A stretch of DNA of 64,000 nucleotides from the human T2T-CHM13v2.0 reference genome, Homo sapiens: assembly GCF_009914755.1 (NCBI RefSeq), contig NC_060925.1; one strand, given 5' to 3'. This document shows, in pieces, positions 26,483 through 50,366 of this stretch. Within the stretch, counting starts at the first letter, position 1. Each line of letters starts with the position of its first letter. Below the pieces are notes generated by a model. That model saw nothing but the letters and a program-made list of their open reading frames with translations. It had not been told where the DNA came from and did no database searches. The translations under genes and the position numbers were made by a program.

Positions 26483-29400
26483 CTAGAAGACAAAGCAGCG
26501 CTGGGCTGGCACTCAGAATGGCTCGGGCTCTGGAGGGGGCAGAGCTGGTGTGAGCCACCGCCCCCAGCCACCCACCACTCAAGGTGGAGCGGACCCAGGG
26601 AGGCCTGGGTGGGGCCGGCTTCATTTAGTGCAAACGTTTGTTCCAGGCTTGGTCCCGGGGTGTAGACAGGGCCAAGAGGCCCTGCAGCCAGGCTCACCCT
26701 GAGCCCCGCAGCTGGCTGGTGCTCAGCAGGCCCCAGGCTCCAAACCCTGAACTCCCGTTGCGCCCCCTTCTCGGCCCGGCTGGTCCTGGGACTCAGAGAT
26801 GAGACAGAGGAGGGAGCCTCCTCTGGGAACTTCCAGGCTAAAGGGAAGATGGACATTGGACCCAAGGCAGAAAAGGGCCCCAGCCCTGCAGGGAAACCTG
26901 GTAGACAGGGACATAACCGACATAACTGATGGCATCTCAGGGGACACAAGGCATCCAGAGCCTGCCCACTGCCTGGATGGGAGGTGCGGCAGGGGAGGGC
27001 TCAGGGCTGACAGCTGAGCTGGGCTGAGGCATGAGTGCGAATCTGCCATGGTGTCAGGGAGACGGGCCCTGCAGGGGCCGGCCAGCCAAGGCAGAGGGCC
27101 AGAGCAGAGGGGTCTGAGGGCAGGGCAGGGAAAGCAAGCACCAGGAAACAGCAGAGGGCAGGAGACCCACGTTTCCTTTCTGGAACAAGCTGGAAGAGGA
27201 AGGAGGGAAACGTGGAAAGGAACAAGAAAAACCAGGGCAGGAGTGACAACTCCCAGAGAGGCCAGTCAGGTGCTGGGGAAGTCGGAGGGTCTCACTGGGT
27301 GATGGGATCTGAGCAGGTGGCATCTGAACTGGCTTTGAAGGGTGGGATGGGTCTTGGTAGGTGGAGAAGGTGGCAGGGAGGGTGCTCTAGGGAGAGGGGA
27401 CCTCGCATGCACAGGGTGGAGGCGCCCACAGGTCAGCGATGTTGGGGACGGCACATGAGCTCTGCTGCGGCCTGCCTGCTGAGGGTGCGAATCCCGGGCC
27501 AGGAGCCTGGGCTGCGCCTCTGGCCAGTGGGAAGCACAGGGGACGGGGGCAGCAGGGAGGCGGCGTGGGTGGAGGGGAATTAGAAGACACAGTGGAGGTG
27601 AGGGTAGAGGCCAGGCTGGAAGTGAGATGGGCAGCAGGGCCCCGTGGCAGGGGCTGGCCTGCCAATCAAACAAAGGCTGTAGTTGCGGAATAAAGCCCAC
27701 ATTTCCCCAGGTGTCCGAAAATACCCAGGACGCTATATTTAGGGCAGTCTCACTTTAGCCTCCCATCCGTTTCAAACTCTAGAAATCTGTGTTTCCAGAA
27801 AGCAGGGGTGGGAGCCGCCCAGTGCCTTCCCCAAAACCCAGCACTGAGATTTCAATGATATGTTTGTGAGTCTTTTTAAAAATTCTCTGTGGTTACTGGG
27901 CTCAGTGACCACGGTCAGGTTTGTAAAAGCACCAGGCTGTGCGGGCCGAGGCGGATGTGGGGAGCACTTCCTGTCCTCGTGGTGGGGACCTGGTCCGGCC
28001 ATGGGCAGGCGAACAGCTGTGCGGGGCAGGGGACGGGGCCAGACGTGTGTGGGCAGGAGGAGGTGGCCGCTCATCCCAGCCCAGGGCGGAGAAGGAAAGA
28101 ACGTGCCTTGTCCCACAGCACCCAAGGGTGTCTTTTGAAGTCTTACTTTTTGGTCAGAAATAATACTTTGAATTAAGTTTTTCTAAATAAATGTATTCTT
28201 TCACTCATCTAATAAGATCATCATGTTTAATTTAGAAATAAATTTATTCAGTTCTTACTGTGTGTACAACACTGTTCTGGGCAATACAACAATAAACAAG
28301 ATACTTTTTCCACACACAGGGAGTTTACGGTCCAACGGAAGACATAAAATGCAAACAAAAAGCAACTAAAATATGGGATGTCATTTCTATTGTTCTACTG
28401 TAAATGCTATGAAGGAAACAGAAAAGGTTATGGGCTCAAGAGTAATGGGTGCTTTTCATAGGGTGCTCCGTATGGCCTTTGAGAAAGAAAAAGATTAAGA
28501 TCAGACATGAACATTCTCTCAGGCGTTGCTGATAGGAATGCTGTGTAGAGGAGGAATTTAGCAATACCTAGCAAAATTACATTTGACACAAGAATTCCAA
28601 AGATGTATTGGCAAAAATATGAAAAGACATATGCAGAGAGCAATTCGTTGGTCACAGGAAACAGACCAAGCTATACCTGGTTCCATAAGCACCTCTAAAT
28701 GTTTATTTTCTACAAAATCATAAAAGCTGCCCCAAATGGTCTCACGCTGAACCAGCTTCTGTCTGGGGAAGCAGCAAATGAATTTGCTTTCTAAACCACC
28801 TTAATGTGGCTCCTGGGAAAATAAACAATCATGAATCACCAACCTGTGCTGATGGAAACCCTCAGCCTCCTCCTCCAGCCTTGGATAAAGCAAACTTCGG
28901 AAGCAACCCCACGCTTCCAGGAAAGGCCCTGTGGGCAGAAGTTGGCTTCCGCTGGCCACATCTGGGGCCCTGTGCCTGCCACTCCAGGCTAGGCTTCCAG
29001 ATGCCAAACTCTGCGACCCTCAGCCCAACATCAACAAGGGCTCTGGCTATTTTTGTGCTCTGGGCAATTTAGTCTCACCCAGACAACCTAAATCTGTCTT
29101 ATTTCTGACCAAAAAGTGGGACTTCAAAAGACACCCTCATCCTCCAGCTCAGAGCAGAATCTTGTGGCCTGTGACCCATCCCACCTCCCCTCAGACCCTC
29201 CCCAGCCCTGAAAGGCCCACAGGAAGAGTGTCCCAGGGCCCTCCCTTCGCTGGCCCTGCCATCTGTCCCTCCGGCCTCTTGTGCCTTCTACCTGCAGACG
29301 CCTCCCGCAGAGTCCCTCCTGGAAGCTGCTCTCCCCGGGTGGCCCCGTCCCTCTCAGTCCGACTGAGAAGGCTCCCAGTCCTCAGACCCCAGGCAGGTCA

Positions 29401-31233
29401 GGCTTTCAGCCTCTCCCGGCCCCCATGCCAGGGCTTGCTGTCTCTGGTTCAGCTGTTCCTCTGGACAGCGAGCCCTTGGAGGGCCGGGACGGAGCCACGT
29501 GGGTGGACATGGGAGGCTCGCACGTCAACTCATCGGCCCCTGTGTTTCGGGGCCCCAGAGCGGGGGTGCCCCGGCCCCTTCTTCCCAAGGGTCTCTTGTC
29601 CCCAGGACAGCGGCTCAGTGTCCGGAACTCAGAGCCCTTTGGGCTGGGTATCACTGCCAGTCTGGGTGTGGCTACCATGTCCCCATGTGACTCCATCAGA
29701 AGCCACCGACATTCCCGTTGCTGTGGACCTGCCTCCTCTCCCGGCCTGGCCCCTGAGGGTGGACAGCGGCTCCCCCAGAGCCCCGGGTGCATGGGCTGGG
29801 CCTGCCTGGCTGGTCCCACAGGCAGCAAAGGCGGTGGGGCAGGGGCACTTCAGACCCAAAAGAAGGCTTGGGCCCCACAGCCTCTGCAGGCCAAGGGAGG
29901 GCGGGACTCATGACCTGTTGGTTCTGCGTCCTGAAGGGGCTTCTCCCACCCAGAAATCTCAGCACCGCCTCGAGGCGGGCCCAGGGCTCCATGCTGAGGT
30001 ATTTCCAGCCGGGTCTCATCACTGGCTTGCTTCAAGGGCTGTTTCCATAAATGGTGCTGCTCTCATAATTACCGGTCCAGGCCTCAGACAGTTCTGGACC
30101 CCAAATTAAAAGGGAACACCCACACATGCCTCCACATCAAGCCCGCCAAGGCCAAGAATAGATCCCAGGAGATGTGAGCAAGAAAGACGCAATTCCTCCA
30201 GTGAAATCCCGGGAAAGAATGAACTGTGGGAATTTTCCAGAAAGAAGTGGTCATGGTGACGCATCCTCTCTTGCCTATGGGAAAGAGGTTCCGGGAGGAG
30301 GGGGGCTGGGTGCACCTCCCCACCCTGTGCCTCAGCCCGGAAGAGCCCCCATCAGCAGGCAGGGGGTGGGCACATTCTTTGGTCAGACCTGGAAAGGCCT
30401 TCAGGCAACCCTGCAGAGATGGGGAAACTGAGGCCAAGGAGGGACAGAGGGTTTCCAGGGTTAGATTAGAGGCCCGTGTCAGATTAGAGGCCTGTGATGT
30501 GGATGTTCACACTTGGGGCCAGTGTGAAATGAGTGGCCCTGGAGTTCAATGGGACATATTGGGATGGGGGTCACCCGTCAACAAGGCCCTCCTATCAACA
30601 GACACCCGAGAATGCCCGTGAAGCCACCTTCCTCCAGGCAGGGCCCTGTGGGGACTTGGGGTTCCAGGGGAGGGCCCAGGGAGCTATGGCACCCATTGTC
30701 GGCCCGCACACAGACAGGGAGGGCCGGCCCTACTCTGTCCCACCTGACCAGACCCAGGCTCCTCCCTGCTCTTGGCACTCGCTGCCTCCTGCTGGGTTCC
30801 TCTTTCCCTCAATTTCCTGCCACTCAGGGGCTGGGTGCACCATGGGGGGTGCCAGGAAGAGTCACACTTGGTCCCTATTCTCAGGTTGTTCAGAGGTTGC
30901 TGGGGAGGAGGAGAAAGAGGGGCTAGGTGAGCCCCTGCATCACATAGACAGAAAGCGACTGGAATCCTAAGAGAAGTGCACACAATGCAGGACAGGTGCT
31001 TCAGTGACGGTCGCAGTCACATACAGGGCTTTGGAAGAAGGAGGCAGAGAAAACTTTCCTTGAAAACATATTCAAGAGGGGTGGAAGAACTGAGGAAGAG
31101 AACTGAAGAGTCACCCAGGGAAAGGCTGAGAGGCGGGAGACGCTGTGCCAGGTCACACTTTTTAAGCACTGACCTGTGTCAGGCACCATGCTGGGCACAC
31201 GTGGTACGTCCTTTCTGTTCATGCTAACCTGAC

Positions 31234-31705
31234 TGTGTTAGTTGTCTGTGGCTGTGTAACTCATTATGCAAATGTAGCAGTTTAAAACAACAAACACATA
31301 TTGTTGCACATTGTTCTTAGGGCTAATAATCCAGGAACTTAGCTGGGTAGGTCTGGATCAGGGTCTCTTATGAGGTCACAGTCAAGCTGTCAGCTAGGGC
31401 TGCAGTCTCTGAAGACTTAGCTGGGGCTGACGGATCCACTTCCACGCGCTGTCTTTAGCTGCTCACCATGTGGCCCTCTCCATAGGGCTGCTCACCTCAT
31501 GGCCTCCCCCAGAACGAGGCATCCGAGAGATGGAAGCCATGGTCTTTTATAGACTAATCCTGGCAGGGACCTATCACCACTAGTGTCATATTCTATTGGT
31601 CACACAGACCAGCACTGGCACAGTGTTGGAGGGGACACAGAACTCTGTGCATCTCAGGAAGTGGGACCATCGAGGGCCATGGTGAAGGCGGCACCATGAC
31701 AACAC
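31234..31705. mobile_element. MLT1-family (MaLR) LTR in BMP8B intron 1
   Basis: gctgtgtaac...ttaaaacaacaaac...cttagctgggt...agggtctcttatgaggtcacagtcaag pattern. Confidence 0.65.
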
Positions 31706-32053
31706 TGTGGGGGACATTATTCATCCCAGGTTATAGATGAGAGCACTAAAGATCCCAGAAGTTAACTGATTTGCACAAGGCCACAACTGGAAGCATCCAA
31801 GGTGGGATTTGGGTCAAAGTCTGTCTGGACTCCAAAGTCTACATTCACTTCTCCTAATCCACGACCTCTCCAAGCTGCAGATATGTCAAGGGAGCACCAA
31901 GCGGTGCAGTTGACTAGAACGCTGAACTCTGAATGCCAGGCTGGGGAAACGTGAATTCCATTCTGGCTTGAAGGGACACACAGAAGCTCCTGAGCAGGAA
32001 AAGCCATGATGGGATTTTCACTTCAGGAACTGGCATTTCAAAAACATGCAAGA

Positions 32054-35391
<3,338 letters not shown>

Positions 35392-38300
35392 TCAGTTTAC
35401 ATCACACGTTCCCATTCAACACAGTCCATTTCAGCAGCACACACTGCATTTAACGGTGGGCCAGGCCCTGGGCTGTGTGGAGAGGCAGCTGCTATTTTGG
35501 AGAAGAGCAGAAGATGTGGAGGCAGGGGGACAATCTGCTGTGTGGCCTTAGGAAAACCACCTATCTGCTCTGAGCCTCTCTCTCCTCTCTTTCAAACACA
35601 GATGTGATGGCAATTGTGAGATACCAATGAAGGAAGAGATGCAGAGGTTCTGGGCACGTGGGCATCGCTGGGTATCATCTCACACAAGCCCACAACAGCC
35701 CCATAAGATGAGTATCTCCATTTTACAGAGGAGGAAACTGAGGCTTGGGGAGGTTGACTGGAAAGCCCAGATCACACTGAGATCAGGTGTTGGCGTCAGG
35801 ATGCAAATTCCTTGTGTGTGGGTCTCAGGTCAGAAACCCCCAATCTAGCCCCGTCTGTCCTGCCATTGTTCAGCCCCTCCTGTTTCCCGATGGGGCGTTG
35901 CTGTCTAGCACACCCGACAGTTACCTTTAGGGCTCATGTATGTATTATGTGTCTCTAGACTAGAAAGTCATCTCCCTGAGGGCAGGGACTTTACTTCTCT
36001 CATTGTTATATCCCCAGCAACTAGAACTCTGCCTGGTCCGTGGTAGGTGCTACAGAACTATTTGCTGAATGAATGAATGGGAAAATGAAAGAGGTCCCTG
36101 GTAAAGAACCAAAGGAAGTGGCCCTGGGGCCCACGGAGATGGTGCCACCGTTCCAGGTCACACGGCTGGCAAGGGCAGAGCAGGACCCGGGCCAGGTCCC
36201 GAATTCCCACTCAGTCCTGCTTCTCCCAAATCCAGACGGCTCTGTTCATCAACACCCCTGTCCATGGCCACCGGAGACCACAGGAGCAAATCTGTCTGGT
36301 TCAGGAAGGGATCAGGACAAAAATGAAGCTGCCTGCATTCTGATCCTGGCTGGACTTCTGCCTGCTAATCCTGCTTATGCCTCAGTTTCTCAATCTGGAA
36401 CATGGGCACCTGCCTCTCTGCTGAGATGGGTGGAGAAGGATTCAGAAGGAGTGTGCAGAGGTGGTCCTTCCTGCCATCCTTCCTCCCTCAGGAGGGGCTG
36501 GGCTGCCCTGAGGCACTGGGGCCAAGGCATGGCGGTGTTGTGAGAAGGCGCCTCTGCCACAGAGCCACAGGGTCAGGGCTGGGAGGCACCTTGCTTTTCT
36601 GATGCCATCACCGTAGAATGGATGAGAAAGCAGAGGCCCAGGGAAGGGAAGGGCCGTGGCTCAGGACATGCAGGAGTTAATGGTGGGCCCAGGCAGCACA
36701 AGAACCTGGGTCCTGCCTCCCAGCTCAGGGCTCTCCCCTCCCTGAGCACAGAGAGACCAGGGACAGAATCCAACCGCTCCATCACTGTCCTGCCCAAGAG
36801 AGCCCAGGTCTACAGGCTGATATGGATGACAGGCCAGGCAGGGCCCCGGCTCTGACCCCAGCCCTGGCCTCCCAGTGCAGGCTCTGAACATCAGGACGCA
36901 GGCTTGGCTTCCTAAAGCACCTGCTCTGCACGGAGACCTGAGCCATGGTGGGAGGCCTATGAGAGCCCCGCCCCCTGGGTCCCACAGGCTGCCATCAAGA
37001 GTTGGGCCCTACGGGCACCAGACCTGGCTATTCAGGAGTCAGATGAAGCTGATAGGAGAGGTGGAGCCGGCAGGAGCAGGTGTGGGAGCCTGCGTGTGGG
37101 CGGTGACACCACAGTGACCCTGCTATTAGATCCCGTGGTGGCCTCTGCCCACATGACTGTAATCTCAGCTACTCGGGAGGCTGAGGCAGGAGAAGGGCCA
37201 CCAACCTCCAGGGGCCTCCAAACATGGAGAGCATCCTGGTATGTGTCTAATCCATGCCCCCCCACCGCCCCACCCAGCCTCAGTAATTACCAGTTAAAGC
37301 TACTCTAACTGAGAGAGTTCTACTAGTGCAGTTAGCACAGCAGAATAAAGAAGGCCTTTCTGACAGCTGGCTGCGCCCACCCACAGCCTGGGCTTCCACT
37401 AACAATGATCTGCTTGTTAATCTCGCAGCGCTGGAGGCCCCAAGTCTTCATGAAATGCACAAAGCTGGTGTGGGAAGAAGCTGGGATTTGAAATCCACAG
37501 CCGTGGATGTCACCCCGGATGTGCGGTGTGGCCCTGGGCTGGCTATTTAACCTCTCTGAGCCCATGAAACAGGGCTGGCAAAACAGTCTCACGTGAGTTA
37601 AATGAGGAATTGTAAGGCTGTGAAAGTTCACATGCTACTTTTCATTCTAAAAACAGGTACAAACACTTTTTGATTGGCTTTTAGAATCCATTTCTAGGTT
37701 TTACATGTGTATAAGACATGTGGAGATGTTCCTGTCACCTCCGAACTAGGCCACAGCTGGGAGGGCCTGGGGCCAACAGTGCCCAGGTCCAGGTTCACCC
37801 TCTGAGGGGAGCAGCACAGGCTTTCTACTCCTGCCCCTCTACCAATCACACAACAACCCTGAGGACAGATCACCAGGCACCTCATTTTACAAGGAGCAAC
37901 GAAGGCTGAGAGGGTGAGGAACTTTCCTAAGGTCACACAGAGGGGTAGGCCCTGCCCAATTCATAGCAATAGCCCCACCAGGCTGTGCATGCCTTGACCC
38001 AGGGGATGCCAGGGGAGGTCGGATGTGGGCTGGGTGGTGACGCATTCTGATGGGCGGCTCCCTGGGGACATTCTTGGACGACTCCATCCACAACTCTTCT
38101 TGGTCCTGAGCCCAGTGTCAGCCTGTCCTGATGACAGAGCCCCAGCCCCAGCTTCACAGATGGTCTCCTCTGTCCCACATCCCCACCCTGTCCTCTAACT
38201 ACAAAGGCAGCATCCAGATCCCACCGGCTAGAGTCCTGTCCCTGGCACTGGGCGCTCAGTGATGGTGAATGGCTGCCTCCTGCTGCTCGCCTCCACCACC

Positions 38301-39449
38301 AGCTCTGGGTTGCGGGAAGCAGAGGCTTGGCCATGCCCTCTTCTGCCCTAGTGTAGGAAGCAAATGGCTGATGGCCCCACAAAACCTGCTGCGGCTCAGT
38401 CCCCTGTTTTCCTCAGCCCAATCTCCTCAGAAAGGTCTCTGCACCTTGAAAGCCTGACCTGACAACAGAAATGTCATCTCTTTGAGCCCTGGATGGACAG
38501 TCAGGCTTCCTGGGCCTGTCCTGGCTCAGCAGCGTAGAGGCTGCGCTGTCCTAGGCATGGCGCTGCCTCTCTGAACCTCACTGTCCTCATCTGGGAGATG
38601 GGGATGAAGACCGTGGCTGTTATCAGGGTTGTCGGGAGGATGAAGAATTAATGATGCTGTCTGTGGAGGGAGGCTGATGGCCGGGGCCAGGGACCCTCTC
38701 CCTCCTCTCAGCCCCACAGCTCCCCGACTTTGGGCTGATCTGTGGTCCTTGGTTCCCCAGACCCCAGACTGTCACTAGCCACAGACAGGAGGCAAAGCAG
38801 ATGGGGGACCTGACCAATAGTAACTACATGACCATAGACCAAAGAGTTTAGTACTGGAAAAAAAATCTCTGAGATCTTAGGGAATAAATAGCTCCAGGGT
38901 TTGATACAAGATATTTGCAGACAGGAAAAGCCGGGCTTTGCCTGGGAGAACAAAGTGGGTCCAGCTGCCCACTGGACCATTCCACAGGACTGGACACTCA
39001 CCCCATACCAGATCACATCCCAGGTGTTGGGCCCAGGGTGACAAGGCCACAGTCCCTGCCCCAGCGAGCTGAGTTTGCTCCTTCCCCAGCCGCCCCCCTG
39101 ACAGCCGCACCCCACCCAGGCTCCGCACAGAGAAGAGCCTGCTGTGGACTCAGGGCACGCGACTCAGCTCTGGTCACTCCGATGTGACCACAGGTTTCCA
39201 CGCTGAACTTTGTCCCTCTCCTCAGTACTGCCCTTATCACAGTGACAGCATCCCGGCCTCTGTTTACTCACCTGTCTCCCCAGGACCAGGCTGTCTTCCC
39301 GGGGCAGCCCAGGTGGGCAAAGACATCACCTGATTCTTACTCCTGGGTGTGTTTGGGGCAGGGTGAAGGCAGCGCCTGGGAGTCCACAGTCCCCCACACT
39401 CTGCTCCTGACCACCCCGCAGCCCAGGGGGCCCCCATGACCCTTAGACC

Positions 39450-40960
39450 TTCCCTAACCACGGCGGTCCCACTCCCCTGTGGTTCGCGTCCACCGTCTGT
39501 GATTCCCCGTTCGGCCAGGGCCCGGCACAGCCCGCGGATGCGCGCACTCTCCCCTGCAGCCAGTTTACTCCGAGGGTCCCCGCGCGGGCGGCCGCACTCA
39601 CCCATGTTAACGAAGCTCATGACCAGGTCGGCGCGGCCCAGGCGCCGCTCCGCGGGCGCGCCGTCCTCGTCGTCGTCGCCGGCCATGGCGTGGTACAGGT
39701 CCAGCATGAAGAGCGGCGCGGACGCGGGCAGCCGGGAGGCGGCGGGTGGCGCGCGGGGCCGGGGCCGCCCAGGCAGCCCGAGCACCGCCAGGATCTCGCG
39801 CTGCACGTCCCGGCGCTCGCGCGCGCCCAGACGTCGCTGGGGACAGCCGGGCGGGGGTCGCAGGCCGGGGCCGCCCCCGCCCAGCGCGCATAGCGCCAGG
39901 CCCAGGAGCCAGAGCGGGCCGGGGAGCGCGGTCATGGCAGGCCGGGGGCGCTCAGCTGGGGCGCTCAGCGGGCGCGCATCGGCTCCGCGGCCGACCCAGG
40001 GCCTGGGGACGCCCCGACGGCAAGGAGGCTGGGCTCGGCGGGCGGCGGGCGGCGGGGCGGGGCGGGACGGGCGGCGACCGCGGCCTCAGCGCGGTCCCTG
40101 GAGCGCCCGCCGCGCGACACCTGTCCTGGCTCCTGGACGAGAGGACGCGGACGCCACCGCCTCGAGGCCGGGGCTACTCTGCGGACTGGGACTCTCGGCC
40201 AATCCGTCTGTCGCCGCCGTACCCGCCAGTCCGGCTGTGGCCGCGGTCCGAGCAGCGCAGGGGCGATGGGCGAGCTCCTGCAGCCACCCGCTTGGTGCGA
40301 TTCCCGCGAGTCCCTGCCCTGCCCTGCCCAGCGGTCCGCGTCGCCCGCCCCCACCCCGGGACTGACCAATGGGGGGGCGGGGGCGGGGCCTGGGAGCGGG
40401 GGCCACGCCTGCGAGGGGGCCCGGGGCTGCGGCCGGTGTCGCGGGTGGGGCGACCCCGAGGTGCTACCTGGGCGTGGCGGGTGGGCAGGCGGCCCGGGCG
40501 AGGGGCTCGCAGCCTGGGCGTCAGCGTGGTCATGGCCGTCGTGGCTTCCGCCGCGGGCCTCGGCGCAGAGATCCTAGGGCCGCGGCGCCCTTCCGGTCCC
40601 GCCAGTGGTGCCACCCGGCCGCCCCGCCGTCGCGTGCGCGGGTCGCCATGGCATGCTGCAGGCGCCTCCTTCCCGGCACCTGCTCAGCTGCTGCTCCCCG
40701 CGCCCCCACCTGGCTCCCGCGTGAGCCTGGGCAGCGCCCCAGGCAGGCCGCCCCCGCCAGCCCTCGCTGCGCGGCGTGCGCCCCCTGCGCCCCCAGTACT
40801 GATCCAGCTTCGCGGGGGAGACGCGCACCCGCCTCCTGCCTTTAGCCGGGCCAGGAGCTCTGGGGCCCTTCTGGAGCACCCGGGAGCCACCTGTGCACTT
40901 CTCAGTCGCCACGGCCCCGGTGCAGGCCTGGCAGGAGAAGGATCCCCGCGGAAATGCCTC
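39450..40960. promoter_or_regulatory. BMP8B: BMP8B CpG-island promoter (TATA-less, Sp/KLF GC boxes, CCAAT boxes)
   Basis: Extreme CpG density; GGGGCGGGGC arrays at about 40050-40065 and 40372-40390; CCAAT at 40199-40203 and 40366-40370. Confidence 0.9.
39602..39935 (-). CDS. BMP8B: BMP8B exon 1 coding part (signal peptide + prodomain start)
   Basis: [19 protein letters not shown]...[13 protein letters not shown]...DLVMSFVNM; gccATG context; donor ATGG|gtgagt; MTALPG start distinguishes it from BMP8A (MAARPG). Confidence 0.97.
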
Positions 40961-42308
40961 TACTAACTCAGCCCCTTTCTGCACTCTCTGCTCTTCTCTG
41001 GGCGCGCTCTCGCCTTACTTATTCCTGTGTGGTTCAGGCGCTGCGGAAGGAGAAGGCACCTAGACTGTACTGGGAAGGCTCCTGGAGTTGACCTGGAGCG
41101 CCAGGAAAGGTCAGTGGAGGAAAGTGCTCCAAGCAGAGGGAAGAGCTTGTGCCAAGGCCCTGAGACCCCGGCGGGGGAGCCTAATAATGGCAGGTAACAG
41201 TCAGCACTTGCCACGCGCGAGGCATGTTCTCAGTGTGTGTCTTGTGTCATTTCTGTGATGCTTGCACATCGTCAGGGAGTACCTACCACTGGAACCTCCT
41301 CTTTTAAAAAATGAGGAAACTGAGGCACACAGCGGTTAAGGGACTTACGCCAGGTCACACAGCAGTAGAGCTGGGCTGGGGCAGGGGGCAGCTCCTCAAG
41401 TGGAACCTGGAGAGCCCACGGGGCAAATGGCGGAGGCTGGAGGGGCTGGCAAGGGAGGGACTGCAAAGGGCCTCACAGGGGCTAGACGAGGGCCCTGGGC
41501 ACCAGTGATTATGGTGCCCCCCCATGTGGATTGAAGATTAAACCTCGAAGCAAGTGTATAATGCCCCCAAAAATCACATTTGGAAGTCATCACTTCAATA
41601 AAAATTTCTATATTAAATAAATTATTAATGTAAATGGTCATTTGCTGGCGCCTTAAGCACATGCCTAGTCTGTCTTTTACCGAAGAAGTAAATTTCTGCA
41701 AGGGTAAATAATAAAATGAAATAAAATAAATATTATTATTACACTATTCAGAGCACTAAAAGAACTACTTTTTCCTGATTACAGAGGTAACTTGCTTTTG
41801 TAGAAACTTTTGAAAATAGTTTCATAATCACTTTTGCACATCATCAGGGGGTACATACCATTGGAACCTCCTCTTTTAACAAATGAGGAAACTGAGGCAC
41901 ACAGCGATTAAGGAACTTATGCCAGGTCAGTACAGAAAAGTAAAAATATTACCCCCAACAAATTTTAAAATCACCCAAATCCCTGTTTCCAGAGATAATC
42001 ACTGGTAATATTTGATGTCTCTTTTTCTTACATGTATGTGTATTTTTTCATACAAAAAACAGGATCTTATTTGCTTTATTAGCTTCACGTTATATTGCAG
42101 TATTTCACTATGCCATTAATTATTGCACACTTTTTTTACTGGCTTCGTGGTATTTTTTCATCATATTGTTATCATAATTTTTTTAATCAAGCTTATGTTA
42201 TGGGATAATTATATTTTTATATTATATACTATGTTGTTATGAACAATCTTGTAGAATAATCTGTGCACATCCATGGTGATTTCTTTAGGATGAATTTCTA
42301 GAGATGGA

Positions 42309-49100
<6,792 letters not shown>

Positions 49101-49690
49101 ATTTTTTCTGAGACAGAGTCTCACTCTGTCACCCAGGCTGGAGTGCAATCATAGCTTATTGCAGCCTCTATCTCCCAGGCTAAAGCAATCCTCCTGCCTC
49201 AGCCTCCTGATGGGACTACAGCTACGCCATCAGGCCTGGCTAATTTTTTTTTTAATTTTATTTTTAGTAGAGATGAGGTCTTACTATGTTGCCCAGGCTG
49301 GTCTTGAATTCCTGAGCTCAAGCAATCCTCCTGCCTCAACCTCCCAAAATGCTGAGATGACAGGCGTCAACCACTGTGCTTGACTCATAATTTTTTTAAG
49401 TGCTGTAATCCCAGTGCTTTGGAAGGCTGAGGTGGGAGGATCACTTGAGGCCAGGAATTCGAGAACAGCTTGGGCAACATAGCGAAGCTCCATCTCTACA
49501 AAAAAAAATATTTTTTTAATTAGCTGGGCATGGTGGGACCTGACTGTAGGGAGGCTGAGCTGGGAGGATCGCTTGAACCCAGGAGTTCAAGATTATGGTG
49601 AGCTATGATCATGCCACTGCCCCCCAGCCTGAGTGACAAAGCAAGACCCTATAAAAAAAAAAAAAAAAAAAGACCAAGAGTAATGCCTAC

Positions 49691-49908
49691 CAGGGGTGTC
49701 CAATCTTTTGGCTTCCCTTGGCCACATTGGAAGAAGAATTGTCTTGGGCCACACATAAAATACACTAACACTAATGATAGCTGATGAGCTTAGAAAAAAA
49801 TTGCAAAAAAACCTCATGGTCTTTAAGGAAGTTTCTGAATTTGTGTTGGGCCGCATTCAAAGCTGTCCTGGGCTGCATGTGGCATGTGAGCCTCGGGTTA
49901 GACAAGCT
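49691..49908. mobile_element. MER30 (hAT-Charlie MITE)
   Basis: caggggtgtccaatcttttggcttccc...ggccacacataaaatacactaacactaatgatagctgatgagct. Confidence 0.85.
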
Positions 49909-50204
49909 CGGCCTTGACATTTGTACTCAAATCACTCTCTAGAATGGACTAAGCAGAGTGCAGGCGCAGGTACAGAGCACCTCTGACATCTTATAGTCCA
50001 ATAACCATGCACATGGACACATCCTAGTGACCTGAAGCCTTTATTCATTCCTTCTACCCCTCCTGTGGTAAAGGGTGGTGGATGGTTGAGGGTGAAGCAA
50101 AGGTTAAGTCAAGACCACCTGCTCTGGCCAGGCATGGTGGCTCACATCTGTAATCCCAGCACTTTGGGAGGCCGAGGCGGGGGGATCACAAGGTCAGGAG
50201 TTCA

Positions 50205-50366
<162 letters not shown>

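Noticed and set aside
28931-30109. 392-aa + strand ORF (and an overlapping 210-aa ORF) in BMP8B intron 1
   Set aside because: Non-ATG start, Pro/Ser/Gly/Leu-rich composition expected from GC-rich intron, no domain; would need Ribo-seq or conservation evidence
30463-30496. Short tandem duplications (agattagaggcc..gtg x2; also ttatcccacctcccag x2 at 1806-1840 and gaaagtttactg x2 at about 33049-33081)
   Set aside because: Ordinary slippage-scale duplications with no sign of function
37150-37195. Isolated Alu-like fragment of about 45 nt
   Set aside because: Too short to interpret; probably a truncated Alu remnant
39436-40966. Long + strand ORFs (309 aa and 406 aa) and several - strand ORFs over the BMP8B promoter
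   Set aside because: Ala/Arg/Gly/Pro-rich by-products of a stop-poor CpG island, partly the antisense shadow of exon 1; no recognisable domain
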